DNA of 63,527 nt, filler included, from Octopus bimaculoides (lineage: Eukaryota): assembly GCF_001194135.2 (NCBI RefSeq). It is 6 parts of 5 records of this genome, joined end to end, with 100 filler letters (N's around TTAATTAATTAA, not from the genome) between each part and the next. Parts side by side here need not be neighbours in the genome. Positions count along the whole stretch, not along the records: positions 8,859 to 31,145 come from NC_068986.1; 5 more parts are not named here. One strand, written 5' to 3'. Of this stretch, positions 12,696 to 23,900 are shown in pieces (the first letter of the stretch is position 1; every line of letters starts with the position of its first letter). Made by a program: the position numbers and the translations under genes. The notes beneath the pieces are model-generated. The model ran no database searches and was not told the DNA's origin. It was given only the letters and a program-made list of their open reading frames with translations.

Positions 12696-13499
12696 AAAAA
12701 GAAAATGGTACTCTGTTGGTTATGACAATGAGGGCTCCACTTGATCTGATCAATGGAACAGCCTGCTCATGAAATTAATGTGCAAATTGCTGAACACTCC
12801 TCAGACATGCATACCCTTAATGTACTTCTTGAGGAGATTCAACATGACACAGAATGTGACAAAGCTGGTTCTTTGAAATGCATGTACTACTTGCTTTTTC
12901 AAACTCGGTGGACTGGAGTAACACGAAATAAAGTGTCTTGTTCAAGGACACATCAAAACACTGGAATTAAACTCATAACCTTATGATCATGAGCTGAATA
13001 CCCTAACCACTAAGCCATGTTCCTCCACATAGCTATATATAAACTAGTCAATAATAAGCTTGTTTTTCATCGGAGATGGAATCAGGTTTTTATGAATGCA
13101 TTTAACTGCTGTTTGCAGATTTGCCTTTATATTCCCCCTATCCTTCCATACACTTACTTTATGGAATAGAACAGTTTTTAGTTTTGCCAATTGTACTAAT
13201 ACTTAAGGTGTATTAGATACAAAATTGCTTAAACCAGAAAAACCGCATAAACCTCATTAATTCATACATAATTAATTTTCACCTCCTTATATTATCAATA
13301 CAATTAGGTACACATACAATTAGAGGCTATACATTATACATATTTTTAAGCTTTCAATATACTTTTACCTTTTATAAACTTGTTCAGGATTATTGTAATA
13401 TAGCTTCCTGCAATAGTTGGCCATCACACCTTCATTTCAAAATCCCTGCTGTCCTGTTTCCATTGCATGACTCTCTTGCTAGAATTATTCTCCTTCTTC

Positions 13500-15000
13500 A
13501 TCACTTACTACATCAATTTTTGGTGAAGAGATCTAGATGGTAATACAGGAAATGTATTTTTAATGAAATCTGATGATCCATTTCTTTGCAGGCATCAAAG
13601 TCTCAATTTCGCCTCTATTTGCAGTGGATTTATTATTTTCAAGAGAGTTTTTGCAAAACCACTTCAAATCACAAGATCTTCCTGATTTGTGGCCCTACAA
13701 AAATTACTCCTTGTAACTGTACTGCACTCACATTTGGAAATTTTTTAAGGAAAAATATTAAAATTCTCTGGAGTTGACTTTTACAAAATTTTTCATTAAA
13801 CATGTTTTATAGAGAGGGGAGGTAGAGTATCTTTTGGGGATCAACTAAAGGAACCAATTGCTCTGGGGCATATGTTGATTTCAGTGGCCTGTCTGGGTTA
13901 ATATAATGGTCTGTGGATCACAACTGTCCTGTATGCATTTAGTTTTAAGATACATCCTGTAGATGTTCAGGGATGCATCATCAGTGATGTTTCTGGGGTC
14001 TCAGAGTTTTGGGTCTTTCAGCATCAGATCCCTTAACCCACTTGACACAGCTGGCAATGAGTTGAGTCAATTCAAGAGAATTCCAATACTTTTTCTTAAA
14101 AAGTTCCAAATGCGAGTGCAACAAAAGTTAAAGGGAGTAACTTTTGTAGGGCCACAAATCAGGAAGATATTTTGATTTGAAGTTATTTTGCAAAAGCTCT
14201 CTGGGGAACTAATATAGCTTCCTTGTTTGCTCATCAACATGCCAGTGACTTTGATATTTCCACAGATATTTCATTATTGAACATGGTACTGAATGTTATC
14301 AAGCAATATATCCATGCTATCATATGTCTCTTTTAGATGGTCAGAGGAGGCAATAGAGATGCATGAATTTACATTCCTTTTTCTGTAGAACTGGTTTCAA
14401 ACTTCTTGATACTGAATCAGTGAAAAGGTGCCAGTCAGATTCTACATTTTTCCTGAGAAACGTTTATCTAGAGTTTGTTATTGCATTATCAATGTAGAAT
14501 ATCATCGTTTGACATTAATTTTTCATAATTGCAAGGGTTGGACATACTGTAAAGTATGTTGCCTAATTAAAATTTTAATAGTGATTCAACTGCACATTTT
14601 TATTAATTAGCTTATCAGTTTTTAGTTTGAAGCAAGAGGCTCTGCATTCTTTTGAAATAGAATGTCTCTAAAATCAAATGTGCTTGAGTAAATAACTTTG
14701 GCTCCAAATTTTCTACAGGTATTTACTCAGAATCTGTAGAAAGTTTAGCACCTCCAACTTCATCACCAACCATATGATCATATCTGAAAGCTAGTCCATT
14801 GAGGAGAAGGTCTACATGTTGCATGCAAGTTTAGATAGGCATTCTTGTAGGGTCTTAGCTTATGTTAGCATTATGAAAATAGTGTTCTCTCCATATTATG
14901 TCTGACAAGCAACATTGATCATCTTTTTATGTGCAACCAAACATGTATCCTGCTTGTATAAACTGCAGATTTGATATGATACTGCTTGTCTTGGCTACCT
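13500..15000 (-). pseudogene. DNA transposase relic resembling CMC/Chapaev-3 type
   Basis: Minus-strand ordered motifs: EPKLFTQ, KNAEPLAS, DWHLFTDSVSRSLKPVL, HLKETYDSMDILLDNIQY, ICGNIKV, PLYKTCLMKNFVK, FVGPQIRKI. Family assignment is from memory. Confidence 0.6.
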
Positions 15001-15247
15001 TTTGTATACCAAAGTATACCTGGTATATTTTTGATATATTTTGATATGATTCATGGTGATAGTTCATCCTTGTGTCTTAGTTGTATAAATAGCAAAAAAG
15101 GTCTGGATGACTTTTCAATTTGATCAAGTGACAATAATCTTAACACATATTCTGAAAAATACAATATATTGTTCTGTATTTAAGAGATGAGGAATTATGT
15201 ACATTATTTACAATTGATGGATATTTGTCCTCATCTTGTTTGTTGTT

Positions 15248-15290
15248 AACACGTTTCGGCTGATATACCTTCCAGCCTTCATCAGGTGTC
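15248..15290 (-). ncRNA. Hammerhead ribozyme core motif, mirror copy
   Basis: Minus strand GACAC-CTGATGA-A-GGCTG-gaaggtatat-CAGCC-GAAAC-GTGTT: perfect 5-bp stem II and complementary stem I arms, but no NUH triplet. Confidence 0.55.
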
Positions 15291-15436
15291 TTGAGGAAAT
15301 TTCGAACCTAAGGTTCTCAATTCTAAGGTATTTTTCGCCACTGCTGCCACTGCTGCTGCTGCTGTTGTTGTTGTTCAAGTCACTGCCTGGAATCTAACTC
15401 GGAATCTTGGGATTAGTAGCCTGTGCTCTTAACCAC

Positions 15437-15509
15437 GGGCATATGGTGTAGTGGTTAAGAGCACAGGCTACTAATCCCAAGATTCCGAGTTCGATTCCAG
15501 GCAGTGACC
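15437..15509 (+). promoter_or_regulatory. tRNA-like head with Pol III A and B boxes
   Basis: GGGCATATGGTGTAGTGGTTAAGAGC (A box) ... GAGTTCGATTCC (B box, 15487-15498); 73 nt; not a clean cloverleaf. Confidence 0.7.
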
Positions 15510-15586
15510 TGAATAATAATAATAATAATAATAATAACATCAAAAAATACCTTAGGAATGAGAACTCAGGTTCGAAATTTCCCCAA

Positions 15587-15630
15587 GACACCTGATGAAA
15601 GCTGGTGGGTATATCAGCCGAAACGTTCTT
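15587..15630 (+). ncRNA. Hammerhead ribozyme core motif, minimal type I-like, degenerate
   Basis: GACAC-CTGATGA(15592-15598)-AA-GCTG..CAGC-C-GAAAC(15620-15624)-GTT; 3' strand of stem I is degenerate here. Confidence 0.55.
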
Positions 15631-15721
15631 AACAACAAACAAGATAAGGACAAATATCTGTCAATTGTAAATAATGTAAATAAAATATAAAATATTTTGA
15701 ATATAATAAAAGAGAAATTCT

Positions 15722-15871
15722 CAGGAGTGGCTGTGTGGTAAGAAGTTTGATTCCCAACCACATGGTTCTGGGTTCAATCCCACTGTGAGGCATCTTGAGC
15801 ATCTTCTATGTCCTCGGGCCGACCAAAGCCTTGTGAATGGATTTAGTGGATGGAAACTGAAAGAAGCCCGT

Positions 15872-15911
<40 letters not shown>

Positions 15912-16070
15912 ATATGTGTGTGTATGTGTCCCTATAACTCAGCAGTTTGGCTAAAGAGACCGATAGAATAAGTACCAGGCTTTAAAAATAAGTACTGGGG
16001 TTGGTTCATTTTACTAAAAATCCAAGGCGGTGCCCCAGCATTGCTGCAGTCTAATGACTGAAACAAAAGT
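15722..16070 (+). mobile_element. SINE family F1, near full length
   Basis: CAGGAGTGGCTGTGTGGTAAG (A box), GGGTTCAATCCC (B box), central (TG)n(TA)n, 3' GAGACCGATAGAATAAGTAC..GACTGAAAC. Confidence 0.9.
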
Positions 16071-16094
16071 TAAATTTCAATAGCTATTCAACCT

Positions 16095-16310
16095 TTTAGC
16101 ATTCATATTAGTCTGTCAGATGTAAAGCTTATGTTTTCACACCATTTTAAATTAATCGTGCATTATTTCATGACTTAGAGATTTCAATGATGTGATTGTT
16201 TATTTTTAAAATGACATTGTAAGGGAACTATGAGGACCATATCTGACCAGTTTGAAGATAAAACAGGTAGAATATTTTGGCTGGATATGGCTGGTTTAAA
16301 TACTAAAGGG
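16095..16310 (-). mobile_element. TTAA-type MITE copy
   Basis: CCTTTTAGCATTCA ... GGTTTAAATACTAAAGGG; homologous to 30283-30502. Confidence 0.65.
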
Positions 16311-16741
16311 ATGAAGCTAAAAATACTATCTTGTCCCTCATCCCCAAAGATTCAGAGATTCTTTGTTGACTGGTGTTTATAGTAAATTTAGTTATTAACA
16401 AATTTAAAATATTTTTATTGTTTTTAATATATCCATTAAAAAAAAAATTTCTTCAAACGTCTAGGTTTTGGCTTTTGAAGAGAAACTTGTTTAACCTTTT
16501 AGTATGTATTGCAAATTTTAGAAGTTTCTAAGAACTGAGAATTTGAATGCTTACGATAGTGGAAATGAAGTGGAAAATTTGATCTTGTAATGAAAATGGA
16601 TCAAATAACGATTGGAGATGTATATATTTTGTAAAACAATGCAAACATTATATAAATGATGTATTAATTTTATTTTGTTAATACATTCTTTATCTTACAG
16701 ATCTGATTATTACTTAATTCTTTTTTTTTTTTTTTTTTCAG

Positions 16742-16772
16742 GTTAGCTAATGCTCTAACACAACAGGGATAA
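16742..16772 (+). CDS. ARL1: ARL1 terminal coding exon
   Basis: Long poly-T acceptor ending CAG at 16741; G completes the split Trp codon, then LANALTQQG-TAA, placing the stop where Arf-family C-termini end. Confidence 0.8.
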
Positions 16773-18664
16773 TTTATTCAGTGTTGTTAACAACTCATTA
16801 TTGTAAATGGAAATCATTTGTTTGTAGATGCCATTTTGTCAAACTTATGGATAAATACTTCTACTGCTGCTTCTGCCCACATAATTTCCTGTTCAATGTA
16901 TCATTTTTATCTCCATATTTTTGACTGCTCATCTTTTAGTAGATCATAGCTGTGCAGCAGGTAAAGTTTTCCATGATACAATTAACGGTGTCTGCTCATA
17001 GTTTATACGTTCCATATATATTCATACAGTTAAGCTGTATCTATATATCCATGTTTGTTGAGGGCGTGTAGTAAAAGGTTTTAACCTAACCTTGTATAAA
17101 AGATTCTTCTTGGTAAATAATGTTTAAACTACTTTCCACATGAATATTTAGAAAAAGTTACTTTACAGGCATATTTGTTCAGTTTGGAATTTGCATATTC
17201 CAAATTTGTGTAACTAATAAGAATAGGTAAGTAGAAAGTATTTATTTTGTAAAACAAATATCAGCATATAAATTTCGATTATCAAAATGTTTTAACAGTT
17301 TGTTTAAAGATAACTTTTTTCCTGAATATAAGTTTTGAATTAATTTAGAATACTTTAAAATTTTCTTTACTGTATTTAAAGACTGATTCTAAATTATTTT
17401 TTTTTATAAACTATGGCTTATCAAAATAGTGAAATACTATTTTTTTTTTTTTTTTCTTAATTGTTATAAGTAGTTCAGTCTTGGTGCCACCTTCATTTCC
17501 TGACTAGATAACAATAATAATTATGTGTGTCAAAGAGGAGCATGTGTATGTATTCACACAAATTCACAAACATTTTCTTTTTAACACTACATCTTCTATT
17601 TAGTAATCTATCTCTATATATATTGATTACTAACTAATAAATTATTATGAGACAATTTAATTTCAATAGTCATTATCTAAATATTGATCTGTTACCTACA
17701 AACACTATTATACAAAGATTATAATAATATAATCAACATTACTTTAAAAACATCACTTTTCAAGAATATCTTGTGTGAATGTTCATATTAAAATAGTTCA
17801 AGGGGATGTTATTTATACTTGTGGTCCCAGTTTCTCTCCACAACATTGATAATAAGGGTAGGATGTGTCTTACTATTTTCCTTTATCTATGGAAATTTGA
17901 ACATTGCTAACTATCTTATGAATAAATTAAATTCTTATAATAACCAATAGATGGTATTTTGTTTTAGTTTATATTTCCTTAAATATAACTGCAATGCTAG
18001 TTGGGATATAATTATCAATCTTTGTCTATTTCATTTTTTTTTATATTACCATATAATGTCATTGAAATAATTTATTGTATTTTCTTTCTTCAAAATGTGT
18101 TCGTAAAAAGCAGTGCTTGATTAATGACAGTAATTATTAATTATAAGTATTTTTGTTAGACTGTCATTAAAATTATTTGATTTCAATGTTTAATGGAACA
18201 CAATACAAATCTGGATATTTTTTGTGGTCACTTTTTAATAAATATATTGAAAAACCTATTCCATTTCATTGCTTTTATTTCTCTGGTAATTTTGAAAATG
18301 TTATATCTAGAAATGTTCTATAATGGCAATTAAAACTCTTTTAAATTTTAAAGTAACATTAAAAAAAAAAATTTTAATAATATTGTGTATAATTATGGTG
18401 TAACAATCAGGTTCAATAAATAAGCTGGTAAATAAAAACCAATATCGCAATTTTCAGTTTGTTAATTAGCAGAGGGTGAGCTCAGCAAAGTACCATTTAC
18501 TATGTAATGTTGACCAGTCATAACAGTGTTCACATAAAAAATAAATGAATAAATAAAATAAAATAAAAACATAAGACCTGATAAACTGTGTCCAAAATTC
18601 TCACCACTGTATATAATTATCTGAAAGTACTTAGGCCACAATAGTATTCCTGAATGTCAATAAA
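16773..18664 (+). other. Probable long 3' UTR of ARL1
   Basis: AT-rich and free of the SINEs and microsatellites that fill the rest of the window; AATAAA at 17921, 18237, 18415, 18548, 18552 and 18659. True end unknown. Confidence 0.5.
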
Positions 18665-19269
18665 TAAATATATATATACATTACTACATTTTGTCCACTA
18701 GCAAATTGCTTGGCAGTGGACATCCAAACAAGTAAATTTAACATTAATAGTGTGCTTTTGGGTTGGTAATCCCTGTGAAAATGGTGATATATTCTGCATG
18801 ATGATACTCAGTAATTTATTCTAAAGACTAAACTGTAGCATACAATGTGCAAGTGACTTACTTCACTAATGTGATTGACTGTAAAGCTAGTCAATAAAGA
18901 AGTGTGGAAAAGTCAATCTGCACTTTGTTTTAAAATACTGTGATTTGCTTATAAACAGAATAATCTAAAAATTTGTTCGTTGCTTAGTTAATCACTGGTG
19001 AAGAGTCAGGAGTTTTATCACAGTTGAAATTGGGAACTTATTGGTCTGATCTGGACAGTGGTATTAGTAGTAAACAATAATAAAGGTATGCATAATATGA
19101 AACTTACAAGCTTGTGTACAAGAACTGAGAAGGTTTTGATATATTATAAGTGAAGTTCAAATTTTTGTCCTATGCTAGCCTCTTTCTTGACATGTGATTG
19201 CGATTGCATAATATCTAATAAACACAAAACTATTACATATAGTAATGAGCTTAATTTTCCTTGAATATT

Positions 19270-19473
19270 TCGAATTTTGGTGCAAGGCCAATAATTTCAG
19301 GGAGAAGATAAATCAATTACATCAACCCCAGTGCTTAACTGGTACTTAATTTATCAACCCCAAAAGGATGAAAGGCAAAGTCAACTTTGGTGGAATTAGA
19401 ACATAGAATGTAAAGACAATGCCACTAAGTAATTTGCCTGGCGTGCTATCGATTCTGCCAGCTCACTGCCTGA
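19270..19473 (-). mobile_element. SINE F3 with 17-bp target-site duplication
   Basis: AATTTTCCTTGAATATT at 19253-19269 and 19474-19490. Confidence 0.85.
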
Positions 19474-21289
19474 AATTTTCCTTGAATATTACCAAGCCCA
19501 CAGTCTGATGCACATGGACCAATGTACGTGTCACATTGATCCTGTAGTTTGTACAGGAAGCTTTCAACTGCTTTTATAACTTGATTATTGATAACAAGCC
19601 AAACTGATTATTGTTGCTCTTTATAAAAGGGAGAGTATTAGATTTTTGTGAACATGACTTTAGTGTGCCATAAATAGGTGATTTAATATACGATGGTGTG
19701 CTGGAAAGTTCTTGGCTTTGGGTAAAAGAAAATACATGAGATTCAGTTAATTATGATTTTATTAAACATATTCTCTCACATTCACACAATTGCAGCAGTC
19801 CTTCAGGGCATCTCATCAGAATTATGGTAACAAAATGGTTAATGTTTCTCTTAAAAATTTTCAAGTCGATAGTTGGAGGGAAAATCATTGTGCTGGGATG
19901 GATTCCACAGGGTTGATATTATAGGTTAGATAGACTGGTAGTAGTAGTCAGAGCATGGCCACTACTAGGGTGAACATATTGTTGATGAAGAAGAAGGGAG
20001 ATAAGTGAGGCAGGAGTGCCTAAATGGAAATCACAAAACCAGCCAGCTCTGAGAAACAAGCCACATCTTTAAAAACACTTCAAAACTTTGTGCTGGATTG
20101 AGCAATCCAAATGACATGGACAAGAGAATAGAATTTTTAAGATGTTGTGTTCACTGATACTGAAATGTTAGTGTAAACAAGTATCTGATAGGTATTGACT
20201 TAATTAATTGTGAAAAGGTTTACTTCTGCTTTAGATATGAAAGAAAGATCATGAATATAAAGGTATGGCAACTTAGTTGATTATTCTATAGTCTCTGCAT
20301 GACTACCAACCACTGGTCTTCCTTGCTACTATATTGATGGCTTGATGATATTGAAGTATATATCATATAGGTGAACTTGGTTTTTATTATCTCTTGCCTA
20401 TCATGGATGTGAATGTAGTCATCTTGCTTACAGAGCTGGTCTTGATAACATGGTTAACAGGACAATGAGACTGAGTGGAAACAATGTTGATATATTACCT
20501 ACTGCAAATAGCTGATGAGTGGTAGCATCTGAGTTTCTGTCAAGAAAGTCCTCCTTTAGGCTGAATTGCTGGGAAAGCTCAGAACTGACAAGAAGCCAAT
20601 GAAACTAACAACAAGCAAAAGTCATTTGGCTGCCGATGATTTGGGTTCAATTCCATTGTGTGTCATATTTGTCAAATGTCTTCTCTGGGACCTGTCCAAC
20701 CAATGTCTTGTGAGTGAATTTGGTAGATGGAAGCTTCAGAGCACATTACATAGACAGATATAACACCAACTTTACAAGCAGGAACTTCAAATTCCTACAG
20801 TCACCAGACTAGTTTACTGGTACCTTGTATAGACTAGTACATTGCATGTTACAATATTAATAAACTTGTATCATTTATACTAATGCAGAGGTACTTGTAT
20901 TTCACTTAAGTAAATTTAATATTCATCTAATTTTGAGTCCCCAAGGTGACCACCACTAGTTTGGAAAAAAATCAGTTATCCAGAATGGCTTTAGAAACGA
21001 AGGATGGAAAGGTTCGATGTTGTACTTATATATATGACAGTGCCATCATCATCATCAACATTTTAACAGCCATATCATTTTCAGGCAATTGACTTTTGTT
21101 TATGTTATCAGTTTCATTGGCTTCTTGTCAATTCTGAGCTTTCCTATCAAGAGACTTTCTTGCTATACAGTAGGACTAAACCTGAAAACATGGTTTGGAA
21201 ACAAGATTCTCAACCAAGAAGAATAAGGGGTAGGTATTCCAACCAGTTTCTGTTGTGATTAGCTTTAAAAGTGGATTTCAGTTACTAAT

Positions 21290-22330
21290 GGAACCATTCC
21301 ACCATATCATTGGCTGCAGGATGGTAAGCAATTCCAAGAAGAGATTGAATTCATTTTGATGTCCTCTGTCTGTTGTAATGGTAGCAGGTGTGCCAAAATG
21401 TGCAATCTAATGTTGATGTAAAGCTGGAGTGATCATTTCTGCAGTGGTACTTCAAAGAGGGATAGCTTCAGGTCATTGAGAAAAACCAGCCACACAGACC
21501 AAAAGTTGTGTGCATTTTTGAGGCAGTGGTAGTGGTCTGATGATGTCAATATGCACATGTCGAAAGCGTGCATCTAGAGTTGACAAGATTCCCAGAGGTG
21601 ATTTAAAATGGCCTTGAATTTTCACTTTCTGACAAACTCTTTGCTTGTTCCTTGACATCTTCGTTGATACCAGCCCACACAAATTGGGGCATTTATCAAC
21701 TTCAGGGTGGAATTTGCTCTAGGTTGTGATAAATTATGCACAGCAGAAAAAAGCAAATGTCAGCACTTCTTTTGAACATAGGGACGTTCACACCAAATAA
21801 AACAAGTGGGTTGAGGAAGGAGTTTGAATGAGAGAGAAAAGGAAGAATTTTGAAGTTTGAGAAGTTCTTCATCATTTTCCTGATCAGTGACTAACTCTTG
21901 GAGATTGATAGAGGCAGTAATGTGTAGTGCATCGATGTGGACACGAGAAAATACATCAGCAGCAGAATTGTCTGAGCCTTTAATGTGCTGAATATTCGTG
22001 GTGTATAGAGATGTAAAATCAAGGTACCAAATTTCTCTTGGTGAGTGACTATCAGGCTTAGAATGTAGAAAACACAGAACCTGCCAGCATGTACCAGAAG
22101 TGTTTTACACTAAAGTACACTGCTAACAATTCTTGGTCGAAAGTACTATATTTCATCACAGCCAGTTTCAGTCACTTGGAGAAGAATAAAACTGTTTGCC
22201 AGGTTATTATAAAATCCTGTTAAAGAACATCACCAAGACCATCATCTGATGCATCAACCAACAAATATAGTGCATCAGGCTTTGGATGAACCAGCATGGG
22301 GGCATCAGCTAAGGTCTTCTTGTAATCCAA
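21290..22330 (-). pseudogene. Ty3/Gypsy pol relic (RT end, RNase H, integrase)
   Basis: Minus strand: LADAP.MLVHPKPDA, then decayed RNase H, HNLSQP (HHCC region), CQKVKIQGHFKSPLG.L.TLDARFRHVHIDII.PLP, PEAIPL; integrase is downstream of RT/RH. Confidence 0.75.
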
Positions 22331-22810
22331 AAAAGGCTCCATGCGTATGCGTCCAATGATTGGTCATGCTTCAATAGGAATAAAAAGAATGTGACTAAGC
22401 TTCCTGAAAACAACTCTCCCCTCTGAAAAATATAATGCTATTTATTGACAAAAAAAAAAAAAGGCTCAGGTTAGCATTTAGAATTTGCCGCTTTTGGTGA
22501 TCTATTGCACAACACAAATGGATATGAGCTCTGTATCCCGTGTAAAACCAGACTAATCAAAATGCTGAACTCAACCAAATATATCAATATCACATGACCA
22601 ATCATTAGAGGCTCACACATGGAGCCTTTTTTGGATTACTTAAGTCTAAAACATGCAATCATGAAATTAGTCTCACTACAGAGTAATGGGTATATATGAC
22701 ATCTCAGTGTCATAACAACATTAGAGCTGGCTATGATTTCTATAGGAAAATCTATAGAGACAACATAGGACACAGTATTGACTTATCATCATTATCATCA
22801 TCATCACCAT

Positions 22811-23050
22811 CATCGTTTAACATCCGCTTTCCATGCTAGCATGGGTTGGACGATTTGACAGAGGACTGGTGAACCGGATGGCTACACCAGGCTCCAATCT
22901 GATTTGGCAGAGTTTCTACAGCTGGATGCCCTTCCTAACGCCAACCACTCCAAAAGTGTAGTGGGTACTTCTAGTGCCACCGGCACGAAGGCCAGTCAGG
23001 CGGTACTGGCAATGGCCAGGCTCAAAATGGTGTATTTTACGTGCCACCTG
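22811..23050 (-). mobile_element. Retroposon family F5, 3' part with (GAT)n tail
   Basis: Reverse complement of 23423-23567; (CAT)n at 22786-22812. Confidence 0.75.
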
Positions 23051-23384
23051 CACAGGAGCCATATATATATATATATATATAGACACTCATCTGGTTTTCT
23101 ATAGGAGTAGTATATGACCTTCTGCATCCAAAGATGGCGGTGCATTCCAAATTGATGTAATGTTTACATTGTTCAATTAAATGGAGCTGCCTGAAACAGC
23201 CATAATGTACTAATACCTTGATATCCTTTTTACTTACTTGCTTAAAATATAGATATGTATGCATGCATGTATGTATGTAATATATATATTTATATATGTA
23301 CATATATATATATACACATATGCATACACACACATATGTATGTGCGTGTGTATGTATATGTATGCATGTATGTATATATATGTA

Positions 23385-23422
<38 letters not shown>

Positions 23423-23426
<4 letters not shown>

Positions 23427-23567
23427 GTGTTAGGAAGGGCATCCAGCCATAGAAACTCTGCCAAATCAGATTGGNNNNNNNNNNTGGTGTAGCCATCTGG
23501 TTTCACCAGTCCTCAGTCAAATCGTCCAACCCATGCTAGCATGGAAAGCAGACGTTAAACGACGATG
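23423..23567 (+). mobile_element. Retroposon family F5, 3' part
   Basis: GTTAGGAAGGGCATCCAGC..CCAACCCATGCTAGCATGGAAAGC.GACGTTAAACGACGATGAT. Confidence 0.75.
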
Positions 23568-23601
<34 letters not shown>

Positions 23602-23707
23602 CAGTTAGTGTAAGGATATATTAACCTCTTAAAGGGATGATTACATCCAAGATTACACTGGTTTTATACCTTATATTATTGGAAAAAAATTTCCCTAAAA
23701 TAAATAG

Positions 23708-23864
23708 GCACAGGAGTGGCTGTGTGGTAAGTAGCTTGCTTACCAACCACATGGTTCCAGGTTCAGTCCCACTGCATGGCACCTTGGGCAAGTGTCTTCT
23801 ACTATAGCCTCGGGCCGACCAAAGCCTTGTGAGTGGATTTGGTAGACGGAAACTGATAGAAGCC

Positions 23865-23900
<36 letters not shown>

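Larger units (their letters stand above)
15200..15678. mobile_element. Head-to-head fold-back element: tRNA-like head + microsatellite + hammerhead-bearing tail
   Basis: 15200-15436 is the reverse complement of 15451-15678 with a 14-nt spacer (15437-15450); arms differ by point changes and by the microsatellite. Confidence 0.9.

Noticed and set aside
15437-15509. Functional tRNA gene (also heads of F1-F4 and 40704-40776)
   Set aside because: Stems are imperfect and each head runs into a repeat body; treated as SINE heads.
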